Shown here piece by piece: positions 14,526-24,341 of a stretch of 64,000 bases of DNA. A program made the translations under genes and the position numbers. The DNA is taken from NCBI GenBank assembly GCA_963766715.1, contig CAVYBH010000001.1, positions 96,001-160,000 on the forward strand. Direction: 5' to 3'. The notes beneath the pieces were generated by a model. That model saw only the letters and a list, made by a program, of their open reading frames with translations. It did no database searches and was not told the origin of the DNA. This stretch comes from an uncultured delta proteobacterium. Lineage in GTDB: Bacteria; Myxococcota; Myxococcia; Myxococcales; Anaeromyxobacteraceae. Within the stretch, counting starts at the first letter, position 1. Each line of letters begins with the position of its first letter.

Positions 14526-14957
14526 CTATCCGAAGAAGTCCACGACCTGGTCGGCCGGGATGTCCCGCTCCATCTGCTCGTCGTAGATGGCGCGGTCGAA
14601 GATCTGGATGGTGCGCCCCATGCCCACCCAGACCACGTCCTTCGACAGCTGCGCGAAGTCGCGGAGCGTGGGCGGGACGAGGACGCGCCCGTGGACGTCG
14701 AGATCCACCTCGGCGGCCGAGGAGTAGAACTTGAGGATGTTGCGCTGGGCGCGGGCGTCGAGGGGGCTCGTGGCGAGCACCTTCTTCTCGAGCTCCTTCC
14801 ACACCGACTGGGGCAGGGCCTGCACGGCGCGCCAGTGCGGATACTGGGTGAGCACCAGCTTCGTCTCGCCGGCGGCCGCGAGCGCATCCCGGAACTTCAC
14901 CGGGAGGCTGGTGCGCCCCTTCGCGTCGATCGAATGCTGGAAGGTTCCGAAGAACAC
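14526..14957 (-). CDS. mraZ: Division/cell wall cluster transcriptional repressor MraZ
   Basis: [18 protein letters not shown] and [13 protein letters not shown] (two DxxGR AbrB-like repeats); GTG start chosen. Confidence 0.95.
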   Translation of the reverse strand: MFFGTFQHSIDAKGRTSLPVKFRDALAAAGETKLVLTQYPHWRAVQALPQSVWKELEKKVLATSPLDARAQRNILKFYSSAAEVDLDVHGRVLVPPTLRDFAQLSKDVVWVGMGRTIQIFDRAIYDEQMERDIPADQVVDFFG

Positions 14958-14973
14958 GGCTTGCCCGATCCTG

Positions 14974-15007
14974 CCACCGAGATCCACTGCGTGACACTTT
15001 TTCCCAC
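14974..15007 (-). promoter_or_regulatory. Putative MraZ operator: four GTGG/GTGT boxes at 10-bp period
   Basis: Plus strand CCAC 14974, CCAC 14984, ACAC 14994, CCAC 15004, directly upstream of mraZ. Confidence 0.8.
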
Positions 15008-15228
15008 CGACGTGCCGATCTATGAAGATCGAGGGGGCGAAGTCAAGAAGCCCCGGAGAAACCCGTGGTTGCACTGCTCAGACGTCTAGCCAGGGAACGA
15101 GGGATTGGGGGTGGGAAGGTGCCCACACCCCACGGGTGGGAGGGCCCCTTTCGCGGGTGACGACCTTGCGCCGGGCCCCTTGCGCGAGAATGCTCCGGCC
15201 TCCCCCGCTCGACCCGAGGACACCCCAG

Positions 15229-16056
15229 ATGGCCACGCTCCAGGGAAAGACCCTCTTCATCACCGGCGCCACCCGCGGGATCGGCAAGGCCATCGGCCTC
15301 GCGGCCGCCCGCGACGGCGCGAACGTCGTCGTGGCCGGCAAGTCGAACGTGCCGAATCCCAAGCTCCCCGGGACCATCCACAGCGCGGCGGCCGAGATCG
15401 AGGCCGCGGGGGGAAAGGCGCTCGCGCTCGCGCTCGACGTCCGCGACGAGGCGGCCATCCCGGTGGCGATGGCGCGCGCCGCCGATCGCTTCGGCGGCAT
15501 CGACGTCCTCGTGAACAACGCCAGCGCCATCTTCCTGGCGGGCACCGCCGGCACGCCGGCCAAGCGCTGGGACCTCATGAGCCAGGTGAACGCCCGCGGG
15601 ACCTTCCTGTGCTCGCAGGCGGCGCTGCCCTTCCTCGAGAAGGCGGCGAACCCGCACGTCCTCATGCTCTCGCCGCCGCTCGACCTGAAGGCGAAGTGGT
15701 TCGCGCCCCACGTGGCCTACACCATCGCCAAGTACGCGATGAGCCTGTGCGTGCTGGGCATGGCCGAGGAGCTCCGCCCGAAGGGGATCGCGGTGAACGC
15801 GCTCTGGCCGCGCACCGTCATCGACACCGCGGCGCTCAACCTGCTCGGCGGCGAGGAGCTGGCGCGGCACGCCCGCCGGCCGGAGATCGTCGCCGACGCG
15901 GCCCGGGCCATCCTGCTCCGCGACGCCCGGACCGCGACCGGAAACTTCTACCTCGACGACGAGGTGCTGCGCGCCGAGGGGGTCACCGACCTCTCCCGCT
16001 ACGCCGTCGTTCCCGGCGCGACGCTCGCGCCCGACCTGTTCGTCGAGCCGTCGTAG
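15229..16056 (+). CDS. Short-chain dehydrogenase/reductase (HSDL2-like)
   Basis: ITGATRGIG, KLPGTIHSAA, NNASAI, YTIAK (YxxxK), NALWPRT. Confidence 0.88.
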   Translation: MATLQGKTLFITGATRGIGKAIGLAAARDGANVVVAGKSNVPNPKLPGTIHSAAAEIEAAGGKALALALDVRDEAAIPVAMARAADRFGGIDVLVNNASAIFLAGTAGTPAKRWDLMSQVNARGTFLCSQAALPFLEKAANPHVLMLSPPLDLKAKWFAPHVAYTIAKYAMSLCVLGMAEELRPKGIAVNALWPRTVIDTAALNLLGGEELARHARRPEIVADAARAILLRDARTATGNFYLDDEVLRAEGVTDLSRYAVVPGATLAPDLFVEPS

Positions 16057-16166
16057 CCGCGCCGCGGGCGCCCCCGGGCGGGCGGGACCCGTCCCCGTCC
16101 GGGCGCGTCCGGAAACTGGCGCGGGGACGCCCCCGGAGCCATCGTCGGGGCGACCGGCCCTTCGTC

Positions 16167-16658
16167 ATGAGCTTCCGCTATCGATCCTTCTCGCTCCTCC
16201 CGCTGGCGCTCCTCCTCTGCGCGGCGGCGGGCGCGCTGACGGCGCTCTCCGCGCCCTCGCCCTGGACGCTCGCGGTCCTCCTGCCGCTGCCGGCGGCGGC
16301 GGGGGCGGCGCTGCTCTGGGTGGCGCAGCGGGACGAGGCCTCCCGGCTGGGCTCGCTCGAGATCGACGGCGCCGGCCTTCGCCGGGTCCGCGGCGACGGC
16401 CGGGTCCTCCACGTGGTGCGGTGGGACGAGATCCGGGCCGTGCTCGTCGACCCCGCCCGGCGCGAGGCGCTGGTGATGGTCCCCGGCGGCGGCGGGTTCC
16501 CGGTGCGCGGCGCGCCGCTCCTCGGCGGCGTCGGGCTCGAGCACTTCCAGGCCTTCGTCGAGATGCTGCCCGACTTCACGAGCGCGCCCATCAGCCTGCC
16601 GGAGCACCCGGCCCGCCGGGCGCGCGGCGGGCCGGGTGCCGGCTCGATCGCCCGCTGA
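16167..16658 (+). CDS. Hypothetical membrane protein (two TM + small beta-rich domain)
   Basis: C-terminal part of ORF 15105..16658 from MSFRYRS; two hydrophobic segments then LEIDGAGL...VRWDEIRAV. Confidence 0.55.
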   Translation: MSFRYRSFSLLPLALLLCAAAGALTALSAPSPWTLAVLLPLPAAAGAALLWVAQRDEASRLGSLEIDGAGLRRVRGDGRVLHVVRWDEIRAVLVDPARREALVMVPGGGGFPVRGAPLLGGVGLEHFQAFVEMLPDFTSAPISLPEHPARRARGGPGAGSIAR

Positions 16659-18022
16659 CTACTTCGGCGAACTCGACCTTGGGCAGGTGGGCGAGCGACT
16701 CCTTCACCTTCTCGGCCGGGTACTCGAAGTCCTCGAGCTTGCCGGAGAAGTAGGCGTCGTAGGCCGCCATGTCCACGTGGCCGTGGCCGGAGAGGTTGAA
16801 GAGGATCACCTTCTCCTTGCCCTCCTGCTTGGCGAGGAGCGCCTCGTCGATGGCCACCCGGATGGCGTGGGCCGACTCGGGCGCCGGGATGATGGCCTCC
16901 GTCTGCGCGAAGGTCACCGCCGCCTCGAAGACCGCCAGCTGGCCGACCGCCCGGGCCTCGATGATGCCGGCGTCCACGAGCTGGGAGACCAGCGGCGAGG
17001 CGCCGTGGTAGCGCAGGCCGCCGGCGTGGATGCCGGGCGGCATGAAGTCGTGACCCAGCGTGTACATGCGGGAGATGGGCGCCATCTGGGCGGTGTCGCC
17101 GTAGTCGAAGGCGTAGACGCCCTTCGTCAGGGTGGGGCAGGAGCTGGGCTCGGCGGCCACCAGCCGCACCTTCGAGCCCGTGGCCTTGTCGGCGACGTAG
17201 GGGAAGGCGATCCCGGCGAAGTTGGAGCCGCCGCCGTGGCAGCCGATGACCACGTCGGGCGCGTCGCCGGCCAGCTTCATCTGCTCCTTGGCCTCGAGCC
17301 CGATGACGGTCTGGTGCATGCACACGTGGTTCAGCACGCTGCCCAGCGCGTAGCGGGTGTCCTCGCGGGTGGCGGCGTCCTCCACCGCCTCGCTGATGGC
17401 GATGCCCAGCGAGCCCAGGTTGTCCGGGTCCCGGGCCAGGATGGCGCGCCCGGCGTTGGTGCGGGGCGAGGGCGAGGCGAGCACCTCGGCCCCCCACAGC
17501 TGCATCATGCTCTTGCGGTAGGGCTTCTGCTCGTAGCTCACCCTCACCATGTAGACGGTGCACTCGAGGCCGAACATCTTGCAGGCCAGCGCAATCGAGC
17601 TGCCCCACTGGCCGGCGCCGGTCTCGCTGGCGATGCGCTTCGTGCCGGCGATCTTGTTGTAGTAGGCCTGGGGCACCGCGGTGTTGGGCTTGTGCGAGCC
17701 CGCCGGGGAGACGCCCTCGTACTTGTAGTAGATGCGGGCCGGCGTCCCGAGCGCCTTCTCCAGGCGGTGGGCGCGGAAGAGCGGGCTGGGGCGCCAGAAT
17801 CTTGTAGATCTCGCGGACCTCGTCGGGGATCTTCACCCAGCGCTCCGGGCTCATCTCCTGCTCGATGAGCCCCATGGGGAAGAGGGGCAGCAGGTCGGCG
17901 GGGGTGACGGGCTGCTTCGTCCCCGGGTGGATCACCGGCGCCATCGGGCCGGGCAGGTCCGGGATGACGTTGTACCAGTGGGTGGGGATCTGGTTCTCGG
18001 ACAGCAGGAACTTGGTCTGCAT
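16659..18022 (-). CDS. trpB2: TrpB-like PLP enzyme (TrpB2); frameshift near 17800, 3' end uncertain (16591 or ~16659)
   Basis: [35 protein letters not shown] (read manually), [33 protein letters not shown]. Confidence 0.9.
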
Positions 18023-18138
18023 CGTGGTGGTGCCCCTTCGGGAAGGAAAGGGGGCGATCGGAACCCGATCGCGCGAGCCGAGTCAAGCGCCGAGCGCCCC
18101 GCCGCGGCTTCCGGCGGGCCCTCCCGCCCGCGTGCGGC

Positions 18139-19683
18139 TCAGGAGGCGGTGGCGATGTGGTCCGAGGCCCAGTGGGCGATGCCCAGGATGGACTCCATAG
18201 GGTTCACGCCAAGTGACGTGGGGAAGACCGACCCGTCGACCACCCACACGTTGTCGAGCCAGTGCACCTTGAGCCGGGAGTCGACCACGCTCTTCTCCGG
18301 GTCGCGCCCCATGGCGCAGCCGCCCATGACGTGGGCGCTGAAGACCGACACGCGGAGCGGCTCCCAGGGCGCGCGATCGAGCAGCGCCACGTCGGCCTCG
18401 GTGCGCATGACCACCGGGTTCTCGTGGAGGGATCGGACCACGTCGGCGCCCGCCGCCAGCTGCAGCCGGGCCAGCGCCTTGTTTCCCTCGCGCAGCGCCT
18501 CCCAGATCTCCGGCCGGATCTCGTAGTCGACCCGCACCCGGCCGTCGGAGCGGAGCGAGACCGTGCCCCCCTTCTCGGCGGGGAGGAAGCCGTCGACGGC
18601 CAGCGCGATGAGGGCGCTCGACCGGGGAAGCTGCGACATCTGCTCCTCCTCGTCGGCGCCGAAGCCGCCCAGGGACGTCGCCGCCAGCACCGGGTGGCCG
18701 GGCGCCGCCTCCAGGAAGAAGGAGACCTTGCCGCCGCCGCGCTCCGAGAAGTGGTGGGAGGCCACCGACTGCGGCGCCCCGTAGAAGGGGAGGATGGGGC
18801 GGGAGAAGGTGGCCAGGCTCGCCACCACCGGGTGCAGGAAGGTCCGCTGCCCGACCTTGCCGTTGGGGTCGTAGCCGCTGCGGAGCAGGATCTCCGGGCT
18901 GCCCACCGCGCCGGCCGCGAGCACCACCAGCCGGGGCCGGACCACGATCTTGCGGCTGGTGGGCTTGAAGGCCGCGTCGAGCCCGACCGCGTGCACGGCG
19001 GTGATGCGGCGCCCCGACTTCTCGAGCCGCTGCACCCGGGCGCGCGCGAACACCTTGGCCCCGCGCGCCACGGCGTCGGGGACGTAGGTCAGGTCGGTGG
19101 AGCTCTTGGCGCCCACCGGGCAGCCGGTTCCGCAGTAGCCCAGGGACTGGCAGCCGGTGACGTTGCGGCGCGTGATCTCGCGACTCCAGCCGAGCTTGCC
19201 GGCGCCGTCCCAGAGGACGCGGTTGTTCTCGTTCGACGCCTCGAGGGTCCAGGGCTGGATCCCCAGCCGCTTCTCCACGGCCTCGAAGTGCGGCGCGAGG
19301 GCCTGCTCGTCCAGGCCGCTGACGCCGAAGGCCTCGGCCCAGTGGCGCAGCACCCGGGGCGGGGTCCGGTAGCTGGTGGTCCAGTTGACGAGGGTGCCTC
19401 CCCCGACGGCGCGCCCCTGCAGCAGGGTCACGGCCAGGTCGGCCGTCGCCCGCATGCCCCGCTCCTGGTAGAGGTTCGGGTAGGCCCAGGTCTCGTCCAT
19501 CTTGAGCTGGTCGGGCGGGAAGTGGCCCCCCTCCTCGAGCAGCGTCACCCGGAGGCCGCGGGCCGCCAGGCGGGCCGCCACCACCGCGCCGCCCGCCCCG
19601 GAGCCGACCACGCAGACGTCGGGGCGATCGTCCACGTCCTTGCGCAGCGAGGCGGCGTCGACGATGCGGCCCGGATCGCTCAC
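18139..19683 (-). CDS. GMC family FAD oxidoreductase
   Basis: VVGSGAGG, GRAVGGGTLVN, CQSLGYCGTGC, SAHVMGGC, DGSVFPTSLGVNP. Confidence 0.9.
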   Translation of the reverse strand: MSDPGRIVDAASLRKDVDDRPDVCVVGSGAGGAVVAARLAARGLRVTLLEEGGHFPPDQLKMDETWAYPNLYQERGMRATADLAVTLLQGRAVGGGTLVNWTTSYRTPPRVLRHWAEAFGVSGLDEQALAPHFEAVEKRLGIQPWTLEASNENNRVLWDGAGKLGWSREITRRNVTGCQSLGYCGTGCPVGAKSSTDLTYVPDAVARGAKVFARARVQRLEKSGRRITAVHAVGLDAAFKPTSRKIVVRPRLVVLAAGAVGSPEILLRSGYDPNGKVGQRTFLHPVVASLATFSRPILPFYGAPQSVASHHFSERGGGKVSFFLEAAPGHPVLAATSLGGFGADEEEQMSQLPRSSALIALAVDGFLPAEKGGTVSLRSDGRVRVDYEIRPEIWEALREGNKALARLQLAAGADVVRSLHENPVVMRTEADVALLDRAPWEPLRVSVFSAHVMGGCAMGRDPEKSVVDSRLKVHWLDNVWVVDGSVFPTSLGVNPMESILGIAHWASDHIATAS

Positions 19684-20351
19684 GGCTTCACCTCGGGTGA
19701 CTGGGGCGGCGGCCCCAGCGCGGGCAGCACGCCCTCGGTGACCGTCCCCGGGGCGCTGCGCTCGCTGCGATCGACGGGCGGTCCGACGGGGGGCGGTCCG
19801 GGGTAGCCGATGGCCGCCCAGGTCTCCCGCGCGCCGTAGTAGCTGGAGTAGACGATCTTCTTCAGGGCCTTGTAGCCGGTGCGCCGGACCCGGTAGCGGC
19901 TCTGCTGCCAGGCGCGGATCCGGGCGTCCTGCTGCTCGGGGGTGGACTCGGTGAAGGTCCTCCACTGTCCGTCGAGGACGAGCCCGGCCAGCGCGTTCTC
20001 GAAGAGCCGGACGAGCTGCCCGACCTCCTTCTGCGCCTCCTCGGGCATGAGGGCCACGAGCGCGTCGATCCGCCGCGGCAGGTCGACGTCGAGGGGGGAG
20101 GGGAAGCCGGGGCGGGGGGGCAGGAGCCGGTCGGCGAGCTCCAGGAACACGGTGGCCTCCTCCGGCGAGAGCGCGGTGAAGGGGCCGGTCAGGCCGGGGG
20201 CCGGCAACGTCCGGCGCGTGGCGAGCCACGAGCCCCCGCCGATGGCGAGGAGCGCCGCGCCGGCCACCCCGTACTTGAGGAAGCTGCGCCGGCCCTCGCG
20301 CTCGTGCGGAAGGAGGATCCGCTCCCGACGATATCGGTTGCGCCTGAGCAT
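19680..20351 (-). CDS. Tat-signal protein, gluconate 2-dehydrogenase subunit-3-like partner of the GMC enzyme
   Basis: GRRSFLK twin-arginine motif + hydrophobic stretch; SSYY...WAAIGYPGP C-terminal motif; overlaps GMC start. Confidence 0.72.
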   Translation of the reverse strand: MLRRNRYRRERILLPHEREGRRSFLKYGVAGAALLAIGGGSWLATRRTLPAPGLTGPFTALSPEEATVFLELADRLLPPRPGFPSPLDVDLPRRIDALVALMPEEAQKEVGQLVRLFENALAGLVLDGQWRTFTESTPEQQDARIRAWQQSRYRVRRTGYKALKKIVYSSYYGARETWAAIGYPGPPPVGPPVDRSERSAPGTVTEGVLPALGPPPQSPEVKP

Positions 20352-20502
20352 GTGCGCTCGCAGACTACCCAGGCTCCGTCACACCTTCAACTTTGGGCGA
20401 AATCGTCCGGGCCTTCCGGGCAGGAGGGAGATTTCTTGCGCACCCGGGGCATAATCGGAAATCGATCGCCGATGGGAGGCGGGGGAAGTCGGCCGGAGGG
20501 AC

Positions 20503-21354
20503 ATGGGGACGGAGAAACGATCGCATCCGAGGTTTCCGCTGATCCTGGCCGTGGACTATCCAGGGGCGGCATCGACGGTGCGCGACTACACCGAGAACCT
20601 CTCGGCCGGGGGGCTCTTCATCCGCACCGAGCGCGAGTTCGAGATCGGGGACCGCCTGGCGCTCCTCCTCTCGTTCCCGGACCTGCTCGAGCCCGCCGAG
20701 CTCGAGGTCGAGGTGGTGCGGCTCCGCCGCGGGGGCGGCTCGCAGCCGCCCGGCGTGGCGGTGTGGATCCCGCCCGACCGGATGGACGACCGGCGCCGGC
20801 TCGAGCGGCTCTCCGCCGCGGCCGCCGCGCAGGCCGAGGCCAGCCGGCCGAGCTACCGGGTGCTGCTCGTCGAGGACAACTCGCTGGTGGCCGCCATGTA
20901 CGCGTCGGCGCTTCGCCGGCTGGCGGCGACCGAGGGGCTCGGGGGGCTCGCCGTCGACGTGGCGGTCGACGGGAACGAGGCCTTCGCGCGGCTCCTGGCC
21001 CAGCCCCCCATCGATCTCATCATCACCGACGTCTACATGCCGGTCATGACCGGCTTCGCCCTGGTGGAGAAGGTGCGGGGCGAGCCGCGGCTCCGCCACC
21101 TGCCCATCATCGTCATCTCGTCGGCCGGGGACGAGGAGCGGGAGCGGGTGAGCCGCCTGGGGGCCAACTTCTTCCTGCAGAAGCCGGTCAAGTACCAGGA
21201 CATCGTCACCACCGTCCGGACGCTCATCCGGGCCGGACCCCAGCCCGGGGCGCCCATGTCCACCCGTCAAGTCCCCAAGGTCGATGAGCCCCGTCCGACC
21301 GAAGATTTCCGCCCCGGACCGGTTGACCCGACGACGCGGAGGGGGCGAGACTGA
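20503..21354 (+). CDS. PilZ domain - response regulator receiver fusion
   Basis: EKRSHPR (RxxxR) and ENLSAGG (NxSxGG); REC motifs LLVEDN, IITDVYMP, ISS, QKP. Confidence 0.88.
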   Translation: MGTEKRSHPRFPLILAVDYPGAASTVRDYTENLSAGGLFIRTEREFEIGDRLALLLSFPDLLEPAELEVEVVRLRRGGGSQPPGVAVWIPPDRMDDRRRLERLSAAAAAQAEASRPSYRVLLVEDNSLVAAMYASALRRLAATEGLGGLAVDVAVDGNEAFARLLAQPPIDLIITDVYMPVMTGFALVEKVRGEPRLRHLPIIVISSAGDEERERVSRLGANFFLQKPVKYQDIVTTVRTLIRAGPQPGAPMSTRQVPKVDEPRPTEDFRPGPVDPTTRRGRD

Positions 21355-21468
21355 CGCTCAAGAAGGCCGGTCTCCAACCGGCCCACGGACGAGAGGAAAC
21401 TCCGTCCACGTCTCACCGAGGTCCGCCCCCGTGGCGGACCTCTTCGTTTCCGAGGTAGGTTGCCCGTC

Positions 21469-21684
21469 ATGCCGAAGCTCCCCGCCCCCGCCGCCGGAAC
21501 CGTCCTCCGCCTGGAGAAGAGCCCGGGCGAGGCCGTCGCCGCGGGCGAGACGATCCTGGTGCTCCTCTCCGAGAGGAAGACGGAGCTGCCGCTCGAGTCC
21601 CCCGTCGGCGGCCGGGTCCGGGAGCTCCGGGTGAAGGAAGGGCAGGCCGTCGCCGCGGGCGACGTCCTGGCCGTCGTCGAGTGA
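21469..21684 (+). CDS. Stand-alone biotinyl/lipoyl attachment domain protein
   Basis: PAAGTV...GEAVAAGETI...SPVGGRV...VKEGQAVAAGDVL; central motif SERKTE. Confidence 0.72.
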   Translation: MPKLPAPAAGTVLRLEKSPGEAVAAGETILVLLSERKTELPLESPVGGRVRELRVKEGQAVAAGDVLAVVE

Positions 21685-22475
21685 GCGCCGCACCGGCGAG
21701 GATCCGGGTGGAGGACCGCGGGTTCGTCCGCATCCTGACCATCGACAACCCGGACAAGCGGAACGCCTTCGACTACGGCTCGCTCGCGGAGCTGGAGGGC
21801 GCCTGCGCCCGGGCCGCGTCCGACCGGGTCCGCTGCCTCGTCCTGCGCGGCGCCGGCGACCAGGCCTTCTCGTCCGGCTTCGACATCGACGCCATGGAGG
21901 GCGGCGGGCCGGGGGGCGATCGCCCCGACCTCGCCACCGAGCGGGCCATGGAGGCGGTGGAGGCGGTCCCGTGCCCCACGGTGGCCTTCGTGAACGGCGC
22001 GGCCTTCGGCGCCGGCTGCGAGCTGGCCGCCACCTGCGACCTGCGCATCGCCAGCCAGGGGGCGCGCCTGGGCATGCCGCCGGCCAAGCTCGGCGTGGTC
22101 TACGCGGCGGCCGGCCTGCGCCGCTTCCTGGCGCTGGTCGGGCCGGCCCACACCCGCGAGATGTTCTTCACCGGCCGCCCCCTCGACGCCGCCAAGGCGC
22201 TCGCCATCGGGCTCGTGGACCAGGTGGCCGCGTCCGCCGAGGCCGAGGCCGCCGCGCTGGCCCTGGCCGACGAGATCGCCCGCAACGCGCCCATCGCGGT
22301 GCAGGGGATGAAGCGGATCCTCCGGCTGCTCGTCTCGGCGCACGAGCGCGGCCTGACCGACGAGGAGCGGGCCGAGGTGGCGGCGCTCCGGTCGCGCGCC
22401 TTCGAGAGCGCCGACCTGCGCGAGGGCCGGGCCGCCTGGGCCGGCCGCCGGCCGCCCGTGTTTCGCGGAGAGTGA
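21681..22475 (+). CDS. Enoyl-CoA hydratase/isomerase family protein
   Basis: DNPDKRNA, FSSGFDI, VNGAAFGAGCELA, RRPPVFRGE. Confidence 0.9.
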   Translation: MSAAPARIRVEDRGFVRILTIDNPDKRNAFDYGSLAELEGACARAASDRVRCLVLRGAGDQAFSSGFDIDAMEGGGPGGDRPDLATERAMEAVEAVPCPTVAFVNGAAFGAGCELAATCDLRIASQGARLGMPPAKLGVVYAAAGLRRFLALVGPAHTREMFFTGRPLDAAKALAIGLVDQVAASAEAEAAALALADEIARNAPIAVQGMKRILRLLVSAHERGLTDEERAEVAALRSRAFESADLREGRAAWAGRRPPVFRGE

Positions 22476-22514
22476 ATCGGGGTCCCGCCCCGGCCGCGGG
22501 GCCGGGCGGCGCGC

Positions 22515-24242
22515 TCAGCCGCGCGGACGCTGGCGCGGCAGGAGCTTGCGGACCACGCGAGGGCCGTCCTTCTCGGGCAGCACCACGAACTGGTCGACGT
22601 CGTGGCCCGGCAGCGAGAGGTCGATCCGGTGGCGCTCGTCGACGCGGAGGTCGGTGAGGGTCACGGGCGTCCGCCCCGCCGGCCGTCCGTCCACCTGCAC
22701 CTCGGCGCCGGTGGGCTCGCTCTCCACGGTCAGCGAACCGAGCGCGGAGGGAAGCTCCAGGTGGACCGTCCGGGCCAGCCGGCCCAGCTCGGCGCGCACG
22801 GCCAAGGTGGCGGCCCGGCGCCCGGGCGCCACGGCCCGGATCTCGTGGGGGTCGGAGAGCCGGATCCGCTCGACGACCAGCGGGGTGGTGCCCGGGACCG
22901 GCTTGCCGTCGACCGTGATCTGGGCGCCCGGCGGCGTGGAGGAGACCACCAGCGCGCCGTCCACGAGCCAGGGGGCCACCGCGAAGCCCGCCGCCGCCAC
23001 GCCCAGCCCGGCCAGCACGCCCAGGACGATCGCCCGCGCCGCTCCCACCCGGACCGTCCGCACGCGCTCCGGCCCGAGCGGGACCTGGCGCTGCGGTGCG
23101 CGGTCCACGTCGATGTCGATGCTCGGGGTCCCCAGGTCGGGGAGCTCGCTGCGCGGGACCGAGCCGGTGGTCTCGGCCCGGGCCACCGAGTCGTAGACCG
23201 CCGCCCGCTGCTGCTCGGCGACGTTCCGCAGCACCTTCATCACCAGGGCGTCGTGGGCGCGCGCCGCGCGCTGGCGGGTGATCCGCTCGATGTAGACCTG
23301 GTGCATCTGCCGGCCCAGGTGGTCCTGGATGGCGGTATGGGGCGTGGGGAAGAGCACGTCCACCAGCGCGTCGGCGAAGCTGCGCGCGTCGGGATAGCGG
23401 TCGTCGGGGTTCGCGGCCAGCGCCTTCAGGACGATGCCGTCGAGCTCCTTGGGCAGCCGCTCGTCGATGGCCGAGGGAGGGACCACCTTGCCCTGCCGGG
23501 ACTGGATCAGGGACTCCACGTCCACCGCCCGCTGGAACGGCTTCTGCTTGGTGAGCAGCTCGTAGAGGACGATGCCGGCGGCGAAGATGTCGACCCGGTG
23601 GTCCCAGGCCCGCTCCAGGGAGGCCTGCTCGGGCGCGACGTACCCGAGCTTCCCCATGAGCATCCCCTCCTTGTAGTTGGAGAGGCCGGTGGCGGCGCGG
23701 GCGATGCCGAAGTCGAGCAGCTTCACCTCGCCCTGCCAGGAGACGAGCATGTTGTCGGGCGAGACGTCGCAGTGGACCACGCGCAGCGGGTTGCCCTGGG
23801 CGTCGGCGCGCTTGTGCGCGTACTCGAGCCCCTGGAGCAGCTGGAGCACGATGTAGATCGACTGCTCGGGCGTGATGGCGGTCCCGGCGCGCGCGAAGGA
23901 GACCATCATGTCCTTCAGCGACACGCCGTTCACCAGCTCCATCGAGATGAAGTAGGTGCCGTCGATCGACCCGCACTCGTAGATCTGGGTGACGTTGTTG
24001 TGGGTGAGCTGGACGGTGAGCTTGGCCTCGTTCACCAGCATGGTGATGAAGCCCTGGTCCTGGGAGCGCGCCGGCAGGATGCGCTTCACCACCAGTTCCT
24101 TCTCGAACCCCTCGGCGCCGGCCACCTTGGCGCGGAAGATCTCGGCCATCCCCCCCACGGCGAGCCGCTGGAGGAGGAAGAACTTCCCGAAGACGTGCGG
24201 CTTGAAGTCCGGCGCCGCTGGGGTCTGTGCCGGAGAGGCCAC
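22515..24242 (-). CDS. Membrane Ser/Thr protein kinase with two PEGA domains
   Basis: AVGGMAE, VVKR, HCDVSPDN, LDFG, YVAPEQ; TM; SSTPPGAQITVDG and ESEPTGAEVQVDG; start could be 24242 or 24281. Confidence 0.9.
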   Translation of the reverse strand: MASPAQTPAAPDFKPHVFGKFFLLQRLAVGGMAEIFRAKVAGAEGFEKELVVKRILPARSQDQGFITMLVNEAKLTVQLTHNNVTQIYECGSIDGTYFISMELVNGVSLKDMMVSFARAGTAITPEQSIYIVLQLLQGLEYAHKRADAQGNPLRVVHCDVSPDNMLVSWQGEVKLLDFGIARAATGLSNYKEGMLMGKLGYVAPEQASLERAWDHRVDIFAAGIVLYELLTKQKPFQRAVDVESLIQSRQGKVVPPSAIDERLPKELDGIVLKALAANPDDRYPDARSFADALVDVLFPTPHTAIQDHLGRQMHQVYIERITRQRAARAHDALVMKVLRNVAEQQRAAVYDSVARAETTGSVPRSELPDLGTPSIDIDVDRAPQRQVPLGPERVRTVRVGAARAIVLGVLAGLGVAAAGFAVAPWLVDGALVVSSTPPGAQITVDGKPVPGTTPLVVERIRLSDPHEIRAVAPGRRAATLAVRAELGRLARTVHLELPSALGSLTVESEPTGAEVQVDGRPAGRTPVTLTDLRVDERHRIDLSLPGHDVDQFVVLPEKDGPRVVRKLLPRQRPRG

Positions 24243-24341
24243 ATGTGGGGCGAGGATAGCCTCCGGGGGCCAGCCCGCCAAGGAAGCGGCCGGGGCGGCG
24301 CGTGGGACCCGGTGGGGGGCCCGGGGCTAAGATGCCACCCC

